A stretch of DNA of 64,000 bases from Macrostomum lignano (lineage: Eukaryota): contig NIVC01000340.1 of assembly GCA_002269645.1 (NCBI GenBank), positions 62,001 to 126,000 on the forward strand. Reading direction: 5' to 3'. Shown here one piece after another: positions 24,942 through 37,964 of this stretch. Below the pieces are notes generated by a model. That model saw nothing but the letters and a program-made list of their open reading frames with translations, did no database searches and was not told the DNA's origin. The position numbers were made by a program, and so were the translations under genes. The stretch's first letter is position 1. The number at the start of each line of letters is the position of its first letter.

Positions 24942-25880
24942 ATGAGTCCCAACCTGCGACTTACATGTACTTGTTGGATGTTTGCAATCGCCTTGGCTGT
25001 GGTTGCTGAGCCAGCTGACTCTTCTAATTCCCTCTCGAATTGGAAGCTGCAGTCCAGTGACATCTCTGAGTACAGGGTGCTGCGAGTGCTCAAGAGTGAC
25101 AGCAAGATCGACTGTCTGAGCAGAGCCGAAGCTGCTCACGCTGTCTCATTTAGCTCTGAGTCGGGTGACTGCACCCTGCTGGTGTGCAACCGAGGCAGCA
25201 AGGACGCCTGCCAAAAGTGCCGGCACGAGGGAGATCCTGGCCTGGCGAAGCTGTGGGTGAGTAGCACAGCTCAGTGATCAGGATACTGTCGAGTTGTAGC
25301 TGAGTTCTCATGCGCGAACTTCATCTCTTGTTAATTTCAGTTCAAGGAACCGTTGAGCTGCTGGACGACGTTCCAGCACAGAGTCGACGGCTCCGTCAGC
25401 TTCGACCGGAACTGGGGGGACTACGTGAATGGATTCGGTCAGGGCGAGAGACTCAACTACTGGATGGGACTGGAGCAGCTCCACCAGCTGACCGCCACTG
25501 GAGTGTGGAGAGTCCGCTGGGAGTTCAGTGACTTCAACGGCAATTGGTACTGGGCTGAGAATGCTCCGTTCTCTGTTAGCCCAGTGGCCGATAAGTACAG
25601 GTGCTCGATGGGACCACTGGACGCGAGCAGGTCAAGCGTCGGACAGCGAACTGAAGCACTTTATTTGCCAAATGACCATCAGTTCAGCACGCCCGAATAT
25701 GACAATGACGCACACTTTTATGGCAGCTGCGCTGCCGAGAAGTCAGCCGGCTGGTGGTATGGACACTGCGCGGCCATCAACCCGAACGGAGTCTACAAGA
25801 TGTACTCTGATGGCAAGTACGATGGCATATTCTACTACCTTTACGACTCTGGAACCGTGCGAATCTCAACGTCTCAATGA
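24942..25880 (+). CDS. Secreted fibrinogen-related domain (FReD, ficolin/angiopoietin-like) protein with an N-terminal PAN/apple-like module, 2 exons
   Basis: Exon 1 24942-25256 (hydrophobic signal WMFAIALAVVAE; donor TGG|GTGAGT), exon 2 25341-25880 (acceptor ATTTCAG), phase 0. FReD motifs: WTTFQHRVDGSVSFDRNWGDYVNGFG, YWMGLEQLHQLT, FSTPEYDND, CA..AGWWYGHC..NPNG. The true end may be 25912 (see findings). Confidence 0.88.
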
Positions 25881-28210
25881 AGACTTTCGAGCTCCTCATC
25901 TATAAGGAATAAATATTTGCAACTTCGATTCGAGCAACTGTTCAACTGATTAGAAACACCGGCTGATACTTGTGGATGAGCTGACCTGAGAAACTTTAAT
26001 AATATCTTTAAATACTGTTACAGCGCTTTTAAAGTCTTAATAGTTTTCGGGACAATTTTTTCAGACAGGATTTTTTGGGGATTACATGTATGTCTACTTA
26101 TACCCAGTGGTGATAAGCCGCTTATTAAACATCACTAAATACAAACCAAAATAGTCAGTTAACTCAATGCTATTAACTATCGCATTCAGATGTTTGAACT
26201 TGAATTTCAATTTGATTTTAAGGGAGGAGGTGCGGACGGTCGCTCGCCCAGTAGCCCTTAGGTATAGCGGACGAGCTGGCAGAGATTCTCAGGGGGCCTG
26301 AAAACGTTGGAGAGGTCCGGGTTAGGGCCCAGGTAAGGTGAGCCTGTCCTGAGTAAAGGCGGGGGCATGCACAGATGAAGTGCTCCACATTCTCAACAGA
26401 GGCTTGCTTTTCCTTGGAGGTGACGATGCCTGTCAAAAACAGCCATGACCCGAGAGGGCCTCTCCGCCTTAATTAGGCTTCAAAAAGCACATTGCACGTT
26501 GTCGTTTGACCAAGTGCAAGAATGAAGTTACGTAATTACCATGCAGGAATGTGCCTTTTGAAGCCTTTAGGCGGCCGGGTCCTGGAATCCCAGGCCAACG
26601 CACTAGCACCTTACCCGCTGAATCATGTACAATATTAGCGTTATAAGTACGCAATGACGTCGGTGTAAACATATTAGCGGTCTATTCTAATCGCACGTGA
26701 CCTGCCAAGCGGCTAAGATTTTAGGCGCAAACATCCCTTAGGCTGCAATTACGTTTCACAAGCAAGTCCTTAAATTACAATTGTACTGCGTCACAAAGTC
26801 ACTTATGAAAAATCAGGTTTGAATTAATTGTTTGAGAATTTTGTTGTCGCACGTGACTATGAATTACTGATTGAATTCCGTAGGAAAAGATGTTTAAAGT
26901 CAAATAATATATCAAAAACGGTTAGCACGCGGCTGTTTACTTCGGGTACAAAAGAACCTGCTCGTATAAGAAATGACTAAGGAGAATTAATATCATAGCG
27001 AATAATGAGCAGCGTTATATTTAGTAATTGTTCTACTTTTACAAGAGTTTAAAATGGCAGACAGGGTAAGGAAAGCAGCTAAATAATGCAAAAATGATTA
27101 GGCAATCCTTCAACGGACTTTGCGAAGCTTTAAAAAGCAAAAAGTGGTGCCTCAATCGGTTGTTGGTTTCCCGATGAAATCACAACGCAATCAACAGTTA
27201 ACGCATTTCAAGACTTGCTCTCGATGATTTTGCTAACTAAGCAAGCTTTTCAAAAGACAGATAAGACAGTGCAAGCAAGCATTGGGTTATATATTCAACC
27301 AAAAGCATTGAGCATCATTTATGATCAACGAGCGTACTTCAGACTATTTTTCTACTCGTAAATGTGCTGGTCGTGGAGCCCAATCTTCTTCATCTAATTT
27401 CAGACTAATTAAAGTACAAACAACAGCAAGAAAATGCCAGAAAAAATGAGAAGACAACAAATCAATTTTGATACGAGTCATGAAATTTTAATGAAAGCAT
27501 CGTTTGAACTGCAAGTCAAAGAGTTATGAGAGTATCGTTTAGCCAGCTTAAACACCAGAAAAGTCATGATTTCCAGCACAGACAGACGCCTATTTTCTAA
27601 GAAACAACCCCGCACGTGCCAGCATGAATTTAGTACTCGTAGTAGTAGCAAAAAACATCGGGGCTTGCAACCTGTTAGAAAATAATTATTTAAAACAATT
27701 TTTTTCTACAAAGGATTTCTGAAATTTGTCTGGACCTGCCATAGCTTAAATACGAAGTCAAGTATCGATGTACAGACGCGAAAAAAGTTGATTATTCCAA
27801 CTCCACTATTACTTGAAGTAGTAGCAGGGTAAAATCACATTGACGGTGTTATAAGGGACAAATTAAATGAACAAAAGAGAGTAACACAGCAAACGGGGGT
27901 TAAGATATATTTATGAGCATATATACAGACTTAATAAATATGCAATTATCATGCATAATATCAGCACATTGTGTGTAATATCTGTCCAAAGCATGCCGCT
28001 GTGGCGCAAATGCTCAGGCAGGGAAGGCACAGAAACTGTTGCACTAAGTAGGTCAGGCAGAGACACAAAAACACGGGTTAAAAACTAAAGTGGCGAAATC
28101 AAATTTGATCAACAATAATTAAAACAAAAACTGCGTCAGTCAAACAAATCAAAATAATCAAATTGTACCGTTCATTGACAATCGTCGACATTATCGGTAG
28201 CAGTCTTTGT

Positions 28211-31200
28211 TCATTCAGCGGCTACAGAGTCGGTCTTTGTTCCAGCAGCAGCAGAAGACTCTTCAGCGGCTACAGAGTCGGTCTTTGTTCCAGCAGCAGC
28301 AGAAGACTCTTCAGCGGCTACAGAGTCGGTCTTTGTTCCAGCAGCAGCAGAAGACTCTTCAGCGGCTACAGAGTCGGTCTTTGTTACAGCAGCAGCAGCA
28401 GAAGACTCTTCAGCGGCTACAGAGTCGGTCTTTGTTCCAGCAGCAGCAGAAGACTCTTCAGCGGCTACAGAGTCGGTCTTTGTTCCAGCAGCAGCAGAAG
28501 ACTCTTCAGCGGCTAAGAGTCGGTCTTTGTTACAGCAGCAGCAGCAGAAGACTCTTCAGCGGCTACAGAGTCGGTCTTTGTTACAGCAGCAGCAGCAGAA
28601 GACTCTTCAGCGGCCACAGAGTCGGTCTTTGTTCCAGCGGCGGCCGTGTCAGTCTTTGTTCGACCTTCAATTGATCTGCCGAATGCTTCAGCGGCTTCGG
28701 CTTCGGCGGAATCTTCTCGCCGAGCTCGACGCTCGAGCTGTAGAGCACGACAGAGCTTCTCTAGAGTGTCAATCTTGACGCGCAGACTGGCAACAAGGGC
28801 CTCATTTTCGGCCTTGTCCTGCGCCATCTGCAGCACGGTACTGTTTGCGCCTTCGCAGCGTTCGCGCCACTGATTTCTCTCCTTCTCTAACTGACGCATC
28901 TTTTTTGTTAAGCCGTCAATTTGTGTTTTAAATGTGGCAAACATCTCGTTGGATTTGCCAATAGCATTTTGAAAGTCATCGTATTTGGCAGTGTAGAATC
29001 TGATCTGATCGTTCAGGGCCTTCTCCTGCTTGGAGTAGATGTCCACCTGGGCGGTGAGCTGCCGGATCTAGTCAGACATTCTGTGCATTCGATTAGTTGC
29101 AATGAAAAAAATTATTTTACGGGCAAAATTCTATTAATGCTACTAACAATAGCATTATTACAAATTTATATTTGTGTGTTTCGGAAGGCGATTACTCTTA
29201 GCTACGTTAACAGGGGCGATTCTCAATGGGATTCGGGGGGGGGGGGAGATTCTCAATGGAATTCGGGGGGGGGAGATTCTCAATGGGATTCGGGGGGGGA
29301 GATTCTCAATGGGATTCGGGGGGGGGAGATTCTCAATGGGATTCAGGGGGGGGATTCTCAATGAGATTCAGGAGGGGGAGATTCTCAATGGGATTCAGGG
29401 GAGATTCTCAATGGGATTCAGGGGGAGATTCTCAATGGGATTCAGGGGGGGATTCTCAATGGGATTCGGGGGGGGGAGATTCTCAATGGGATTCAGGGGT
29501 GGGGGGTGATTCTCAATGAGATTCATGGGGGAGATTCTCAATGGGATTCAGCGGGGGGATTCTCAATGAGATTCAGGAGGGGGAGAGATTCTCAATGGGA
29601 TTCAGGGGGAGATTCTCAATGGGATTCAGGGGGAGATTCTCAATGGGATTCAGGGGGAGATTCTCAATGGGATTCAGGGGGAGATTCTCAATGGGATTCA
29701 GGGGGGGGGGAGATTCTCAATGGGATTTAGGGGGGATTCTCAATGAGATTCATGGGGGAGATTCTCAATGGGATTCAGGGGTGGGGGCGATTCTCAATGA
29801 GATTCATGGGGGAGATTCTCAATGGGATTTAGGGGGGAGATTCTCAATGGGATTCAGGGGAGATTCTCAATGGGATTCAGGGGGGGGGAGATTCCTAATG
29901 GGATTCAGGGGGAGATTCTCAATGGGATTCAGGGGGGATTCCTAATGGGATTAATGGGGGAGATTCCCAATGGGATTCATGGGGGAGATTCCTAATGGGA
30001 TTCATGGGGGAGATTGCCAATGGGATTTAGGGGGAAGATTCTCAATGGAGATTCAGAGGGCAAACCTCAACAGGACTCAGAAGGCGACCTCACCTGGCTC
30101 TCTCGGCCTCTCCCTGCGCCTTCTCCTGCGCCAGACGCGCCTCGGCCAGCTGAGCCTGCAGGTCATGCTGGCGCAGCAGTTTCTCAACGTATTCCTCGCG
30201 CTTCTCATATTTTTCAACCAGACTTTGCATTTTCTCAACTAAGGTGGCGTTCTCTTCGCGGAGTTTAGTGTTGCGAACATTGTGCTCCTGCATCTGGGAC
30301 TGGATGTCGCTGATGGTAGTCTGAAGCTGGCCGCTCACCTCTTTGCGCTTCTCTTCTTCCTCTTTGGCTCGGCTGATGCTTTCGTCTTTGACCACCTGGG
30401 AATGGAGGACATAGCGGTCTGGAGCACTGCCTGACACAGCGAGTCTCTAGCCTGAGCACAGTGTCTGACACACAGTGAGTCACTAGCCTGAGCACAGTGT
30501 CTGACACACAGTGAGTCACTAGCCTGAGCACAGTGCCTGACACAGAGTGAGAGAGTGAGTCACTAGCCTGAGCACAGTGCCTGACACAGAGTGAGAGAGT
30601 GAGTCACTAGCCTGAGCACAGTGCCTGACACACAGTGAGTCATTAGCCTGAGCACAGTGCCTGACACAGAGTGAGTCATTAGCCTAAGCACAGTGCTGAC
30701 CCAGAGTGAGTCACTAGCCTGAGTACAGTGCCTGACACAGAGTGAGTCACTAGCCTGAGCACAGTGCCTGACACACAGTGAGTCACTAGCCTAAGCACAG
30801 TGCTGACCGAGAGTGAGTCACTAGCCTGAGCACAGTGCCTGACACAGAGTGAGTCACTAGCCTGAGCACAGTGCCTGACACAGAGTGAGTCACTAGCCTG
30901 AGCACAGTGCCTGACACACAGTGAGTCACTAGCCTGAGCACAGTGCCTGACACAGAGTGAGTCACTAGCCTGAGCACAGTGCCTGACACACAGTGAGTCA
31001 CTAGCCTGAGCACAGTGCCTGACACAGTGTGAGACACTAGCCTGAGCACAGTGTCTGACACACAGTGAGTCACTAGCCTGAGCACAGTGCCTGACACACA
31101 GTGAGTCACTAGCCTGAGCACAGTGCCTGACAAACAGTGAGTCACTAGCCTGAGCACAGTGCCTGACACACAGTGAGTCACTAGCCTGAGCACAGTGCCT

Positions 31201-31883
31201 GACACAGAGTGAGTCACTAGCCTGAGCACAGTGCCTGACACAGAGTGAGTCACTAGCCTGAGCACAGTGCCTGACCCAGAGTGAGACAAATTTGTCTTAT
31301 TAATAAGAACTACACAGAATATATTAGAAAATACCTTGTAGTGTTTCTGCAATTCTCGGCACAATCCTTCCAATTTACTCTTAGCTAGCATAGCTTTACT
31401 ATGCTCGCTCTGCAGTTGATCTCTCTCCCTAGACACAACAGTCAGCTGTTTCTGTGTTGCTTTTAATTTCTCGGCGCTGGCTCTGCCCTGATCGTACACT
31501 TCGGCGTATTTCTTGGCCAAAGCATCGATTTTTTCCTCGGTGGACAGATTCGCTAAGGAGCGCATCACATAGTCGAATGATCGACTGGTAGCTGCTGCTC
31601 CGGCGCTTGTTGACTTTTTCGACTTCGACTTTGAAGAAGAATCCTTAGAGGATTTTTCTTTATCAGCTATGGTAACAGTGCCATTGTCGTCACCCGAGTT
31701 AGTTGTATCGTCATTGTTGTCTGCAGTAGCAGCCTGAGCTTCATCTAAATTAGCTTGCTCAGTAGTAGTAGTAGGCTCAGATGCCAAAAGAGATTCAAGC
31801 TGAGACTCCAGGTTAGCAACTATAGCAGCCTCTCTAGCTGTTTCACTTAGAACTGACTGCTGTTGGGCATCTTGCATTGACAT
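28211..31883 (-). CDS. TXLN: Taxilin (beta/alpha-taxilin-like coiled-coil protein), 3 exons; as assembled it has an in-frame TAG and a frameshift in its repeat tail
   Basis: Exons 31883-31335, 30395-30094, 29080-28513/28211. Motifs EEKIDALAKKYAE, EHSKAMLAKSKLEGLCRELQ, EEEEKRKEV, KSNEMFATFK, LEKLCRALQ match the taxilin family. In-frame TAG at 29070-29068; 1-nt deletion at about 28515. Confidence 0.85.
28214..28640 (-). repeat. Coding minisatellite (48/51 bp) encoding SVAAEESSAAA(G/AV)TKTD repeats in the taxilin C-terminal tail
   Basis: About 9 units, continuous with the taxilin reading frame. Confidence 0.9.
29215..30050. repeat. Taxilin intron-2 minisatellite, about 23-25-bp unit G(n)AGATTCTCAATGGGATTCA with variable G-runs
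   Basis: Seen directly. Confidence 0.95.
30437..31280. repeat. Taxilin intron-1 minisatellite, 36-bp unit GAGTCACTAGCCTGAGCACAGTGCCTGACACA(C/G)AGT
   Basis: Seen directly. Confidence 0.95.
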
Positions 31884-34800
31884 AATTATTTTATTTCTTT
31901 GCCTTTTAGCATGAGAAATGTGAATGATAAAATTGTGTTGAATATTGAAATTGCAGTGCAATTTGGCATTCTAGGAACCAAATTCAGGATGCCAAATTGA
32001 AAACCAGGATTAGTTGCCATGTGGGGGTTTTAAGAAATTTTCTGCATTCACTACTTTTTAAATCTCATTAGTCATAAATTCAATCTAGATATTATCCATG
32101 AAAAAATTATTAATGGGGCTAGCATAGTTTGAAACTAGGTTTTATGTGTATTTGAGATGCTATAACATTTACTTTCCAAATAATATATTAAAAAAGGACC
32201 TTAGATATGATATCTCATTTCACATTCTATTTTTTTCTTTTTTTGTAAAGAGAAAAATTGCATTCTAGGTTCAAAAATCACACCTTGAAACTAAACCCTA
32301 GATGCAAACCCAGGTTTGAATTTTTTCAACATAATATTTGTATTTACTGTTTGGGTAACACTCTGAAAATTATTTTGTTAGTGATTTGTTGAAAGTCTTT
32401 ATATAATCCTAATAACTCTATCAATATTATTCCTAGAAAAACTAACATGGTCATCTTATGTTTAAAACTTGGTAAGTTTTAAAGGCAATAAGCTTGATTT
32501 GTTTAAGTATTATATTTAAATTTTCAATTGCAACTTTCTATTTCAAACAAATTTTATTGCAACTGAGACAAAGCAACTTAAATATGAGTTAAATAATTAT
32601 ACATGTTATAATGTCAATCACATGCATTCTCCAAGTGGAAATTTTTCTCTTAGTTAACAATTCTTTAATTTGACCTTTTTTTCCTATTATAGTTATAAAT
32701 GGCAAGTGCCTAATATAATGTAATATTTGTTTCATTTTTAATATAGGCCAAGAAATTTTTGAGTATTTAAATTTAAAAGTGAAGCCTGATAATATTTATA
32801 AATTTGCTTTGTCATTTGTCTAGCTGATGCAATGACAGCATGATATTAGGGCCATAGGGTATAATAGAGAATTCAGTAAAGATTCTATAACTTGCCAATG
32901 TACATATGGAAGGCAAAATTTAGTAAAAAGTTTTTTGTTTTTTTGCAAATGAATAACTTTGTTATATAATTGAATAGAATAAAAATAAAAAATAAACTAG
33001 AAAAAACTAGGAAAAACTAGAGAAAAGAATTTTTTCATATCAAAAAACATTTAAAAGATTTATCTAACCTTAATTAAAATAATAAGTTCTTAAAAATAAT
33101 GCCCTCTTTTTAAAAAATGGCTTATTAGAAAACTGACACTTCATTATTTTGTATATATTAAATTGAATATAACTGATAAGTTTTACTTTTACTTTCCAAT
33201 TTTCCAGTTTCTATAATCTATATATTATTGTACAATTTTGTTTTTAACAGCAAGGAAAATTTAGGCATAAATAAGAGCAAGCTACAAGCCAAATTAAATA
33301 ACCTCTGTTTGATCCTTGTTTGTCTTTCAATTAAGCTTTTTCTAATAACTCTAGTTATTCTACTTGGAGACAAAGTTGATCAGCTTTAGGGCTACTGCTT
33401 GCCTCATATTAATCATTTGAATAGTGAACAACATAGGAAAAGCCCTAGAGATTAAGAGAATAAATCATTCAGAACAAGACCTCTAGATTCAGAATCTAAA
33501 AAATTGCCTTAAAAGGCAGAATATCTACCATAAGGGTCAGAACATCTAGACTAGGGTCACCAAGATATGAGAATATGTCTAAGGGCAGAAAAGCTACCAT
33601 AGTACAAGCTGTGACTCTCTGATCCCAATAATGCCTAGACCAAGAAAAAAACCTCAACAGGATAAAATTAGCTTGGCTTGGCTATACTAGTAAAATTAGT
33701 CTTAGAAAATAGGGCAAATATACCTATCTAAATATACTAAATCTCTAAGGTTTGTTTGTATGCTTGCTTGTCCATACTATAATACTAAAGCTTGGTATCA
33801 GCTAATCTAATTAGCAAGTGCTTATTCCAATAATACCATGGGAATAATTCTCTGCTTATCTGCATGGCATACTGATAAGATAGCTACCTTATCTACATAT
33901 GCCAAGGGAATAATTTAGTTTGTTACTTACAGTTTAAGTACAATATAACAATATAACTTTGCTTGAACATTTGTTTTATACCATGGAAATAAAGATTTTA
34001 TATTGGTCTTTTATGCAAAAACATACATGCCTAACCTTAAAATTTCACCCATCCAGTGCGACTTAGTTTTGTCCAGATTTGGGACTTACTTATGCGCCAC
34101 CATATTGATGGACTGGGGGGGGGTAGCATGCCTTGTATGTTTATGCTTATCAAAAAATGGAAGTATCTCATTTCTTTTCTTTTTCTCCTGCCTTTACTCT
34201 TTTCCCCAATTGATAGTTCTTAGTTCCTCAAGATTGGGACTTAGTTCTTCCCCATTGCAACTTAGTTCTCCCAATTGCAACTTAATTTGAACTTTGTATA
34301 TGACTTTTCTTGCCTTTTTCTCTTTTCTTCTCTTTTTCTCTTTTCTTATTCCTTTCTTTTCCTTTTTTCTTCTTTTCTTTTCTTTCTTCACCTAATTTTT
34401 GCTTTTTACATTTTTAATTTTGTGACTTACCTTGTGGCCAATAGCCATTTCATTTATCCCATCTAGACGGGTTGGATGGGTGTTGGACATGTATGTATAA
34501 AAACAATATTTTCTTCTATTTATAACTTATGATTTAAAGTAAATTACTCTAATGATTATTCATAATTTAAATTTTTATCTAAGTCTATGATGTAAGATCT
34601 ATGACTAAAATTTGGTGTTTATTGCCATCAAGATACATTAAGATCAACAGTGTGACGTTGCTAGTTTAAGTGGTCCCGCAAAAGGGCCGTTGGACTATAG
34701 TTTCCCTTGCAATTTCTCATATTAATTTCTCCAATAGTTTATTTCGACGTTTACTTATAGTAGTGTGCAAATAATCTATATCAACTGCTATTTCACTGTG

Positions 34801-37760
34801 TATTTGGTAGGCCTTGCGCTTGTCTGTGAATTTTGGCACGATCGATAATTTCAAGTTCTCTCGCCAGCTAATGAAAACTCTCCATGTTTTATGCTACCCC
34901 CTTTTGCGCTCTTTATTAACCCTCGCCTGGCAGGCTGGGGGCTTCACTTGTGTTCTGTATTCTCTCTCCTTAGGCTTGTCCTCCGTCCCGTCTGGCTTGC
35001 CTAGCCTTGTCTAGCCTTGTTTTCCTTCTCTCTGTCTGGCTGCCTCGAGCCTCCTTATCTCACGCCACGGCTGACGCCAACCTCGCCATTGCTCATCTGC
35101 CTGCCTACTGCGCCTCACTGCCTTCACTGTGCTCATTGCCATTGCTCCTCACGTTACGTCGCCATTGCATCATTTGTCTCCCACTTGACTTCACATTCAA
35201 TTTATCTTCAAAAACCATTGTTGCAGCCGCCAGTGCCCAGAAAGCTATAGTTTGCGTATTGACAGTAATAGCCAAGCCTAATATTGATACTACCAATAAA
35301 AACAACTACGGCAGTTCCTGCCTTTATCGCCAAGTGCTCCGCTACAAAATCTGCTTTACAAGAGTTGACTTCAACTTATTTTGAGACTACGACTCACTAC
35401 AACTCTCGTCAAAATGGCCCTATTAAGGGTCATAGCCATAGTTAGCCGCTACGCCAATAACATGACAAACAGCTTCTTAGTATCATCAATTCAAATTCCC
35501 TTTTAATAAGCTTTAAACTATTTATATATGGCATGGCATATGTAGAAGATAAGGCAGCTATCTTGTCAGTGTGCCATGTGGATAAGCAGAAAATTATTTC
35601 TATCCTATGGTATTGTTGGAATAAGACAGAAATTAAGGCCTATTCCTACAGTACCGTGGGGCTAAGCACTGCCAATATATAATTATCTCAGAAGGTGGAA
35701 ACATTATCTCTCCGTAATATTTATAGGCCTACTATAATTTTATTTTTAATAATTTAAATAATTTAAATTTTTAGTATTATTTTACTAAATATTGAAATTT
35801 TGACAAAGTTCTTAATGTCTTTGTTTTTTCAATAGGCCTAGGTTAGCTTTGTTGTCCCTACTCTAGGCCTAGTTAATAACTTAACTTAATAACTTAATAG
35901 GGCCTAAACTAAATTAAGATTGTCTATTAGGGTCTAGTAATAGGCCTATTACAAAAGGAAAAAGGAATTAAATCTAAAGGCACTAGTTAGACCTATACTT
36001 ATACTTAGGCCCCCTATATAATATTACTAGCGAGTTCAGTAAGCCCTATACCGCTATATTATTTTTTAACATAAGCAGACAAGGGGTCCTGAAGGGGAGA
36101 TATTATTACGTTTTACTCTGTACTTATCAAATATTCATTAAATTTTACAAGTGATTTTGCAAAATAAACAAATGGGTTATGAAAACTTTGCATGCTTTGG
36201 CACAAATTCACAGATATTTTAATGAACTGTCCACTTGAAAAAAAGCCAGTGATCCGTGTGAAATATTTAGAAAGGTCATTCGAATTTCTTTAAACTTTGA
36301 CTGGAATGATATGACACGTTATAGCTTTTTCTTGAAAGCTTAAAGTATTAATGGAAAGTATTTTAAAAAAGCACGTTCGTCATACTGCTGGATAAAAAAC
36401 ATTTGTTTAATTAAACTTAGCTACAACTTTAAAACTAATTTTGCCACATCCGTGTCACGCCCAGTTCGAATATCTTTAATGACCTCCTGTAGGGGTAAAG
36501 CAGTAAAGTATGCTACTTTTCTGTATCCCTTATAATTGAATAGTAAAAGCCGATTTGGTTTTCCTCAAGCTTCTAGTACAGTGCAAAAAGAATGCTTTAC
36601 TAATCAGTTGATGCATATGTGCCTCTGAACGGCCCTGAAATCGACCAGATCGGCGCATTCCTGACTGACACCCTCATATTGACATACCCGCCTGACACTT
36701 CCACTCCGATTAGCGCACCCCTGCGATACCCATGTAAAACGCCAGATTAGATATCTCACCTACTCAACTATACTAGACCTCAAACAATCGAAAAGAACTT
36801 ACATGTACATGTAAAGGTCGGTTTCAATTGAATTTTGGGTGCAGGCCTTGTATGACCGTGTGCGTTATGGTATTTATGAAGACTTCATTAAGTTAATATC
36901 AAATTAAAAATAATTAATTACAATATATTTTTATTTAGGTTCACAGATTTAAAACTTATTAAGAAATAAGTTATTGCAAATGCAAAGTTATTATTGAGTT
37001 TTTATTAACATGGAGCATGATTTCAAGCCGATTTGGATTTTTGTCGCTGTACGTTGTGGCTGACCTGCCTAGATAAAACTTTGATGGCGGAAACGGCCAA
37101 CACGCAAAACACCACGAATCTGCAGTAAAAGTTAGAAAAAACTGCATGATAAAATTAGTCACTCTCAGTAGCGTTGTCCCATGCATGGAAAGATTATACC
37201 TATGGCGCCTCAGTGGCTGCGTCAAAGTTTTGGCCAATGCAACCAGGTAATATCTAAATATACTAATAAACTACTATAGATTAGATACTTCGCGAAGCTG
37301 TTTGGAAAGTCAGCCTCGTGCAGTGGGAGCAGCAAAGTTCTGGCGACTGGCGATGTTCAGAAGGTTGCAGCAAGATCATTGCCACATGCCATGCAGCGCC
37401 TCGACTTGTACTTAGTTGAGCGGTACAAGTATGCGATTTGATTCACTATCAGTCTGTTCACACTTTACGAGCTTGCATATAACTTTGGTGCCAAAAGAAG
37501 CATTGATAAAAGTTCCAGCGTCAAGAAGGCTCGAAAACCGCTACAGCCTCTGCAATCAGACCTCTACAGCCTGAGCTATCTATACTCAAAGGGAAAGGAC
37601 TTATGGAACACCCCTCGTAATAATTAGCTAAAACATTTCTATTGGCTGTTGGTTTCTATTGGTTGTCAATCTACATAAAACAAGCTGCAATTCTATTGAA
37701 TATAATGATTTTCTAGCCAACACACACATCTCATGCATGCGTACATTTAATTGTCAGAGA

Positions 37761-37964
37761 ATGGATCGAAGCGAGAATATACATCAGCAGCAACAGCAAC
37801 AGACAACAAAGGAAATGGACCAAGCTCACGCTCTACCCCAGATTCGAGTGACGCAGCAAACCGAATTGGTCACCGATGAAATCGACCGACAAGCTGTGGA
37901 CAATTTTGTGAAGGACATTGTGAAACGGGCCCAGGACATCTGTCTGGCGTTTGAGTCAACTTAG
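37761..37964 (+). CDS. Possible 67-aa microprotein (or terminal exon) with an amphipathic C-terminal helix
   Basis: MDRSENIHQQQQQQ...DEIDRQAVDNFVKDIVKRAQDICLAFEST*; higher GC than the flanks; acceptor-like TTGTCAG just before the ATG. No family recognised with confidence. Confidence 0.35.
   Translation: MDRSENIHQQQQQQTTKEMDQAHALPQIRVTQQTELVTDEIDRQAVDNFVKDIVKRAQDICLAFEST

Noticed and set aside
26218-26436. [13 protein letters not shown], resembling a LINE C-terminal zinc knuckle
   Set aside because: A single short motif without the upstream cysteines or RT sequence; too weak to call.
29068-29070. Programmed stop-codon readthrough in taxilin
   Set aside because: The context TAG-ATC does not match known leaky contexts (TGA-C, TAG-CARYYA); mutation or error is simpler.
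35007-35384. 125-aa hydrophobic ORF
   Set aside because: No recognisable motif; explained by compositional skew.
37140-37450. Possible exon pair around a short intron (CAG|GTAATA ... TAG|ATACTT)
   Set aside because: All three joined frames are short and unrecognisable; no support for coding.
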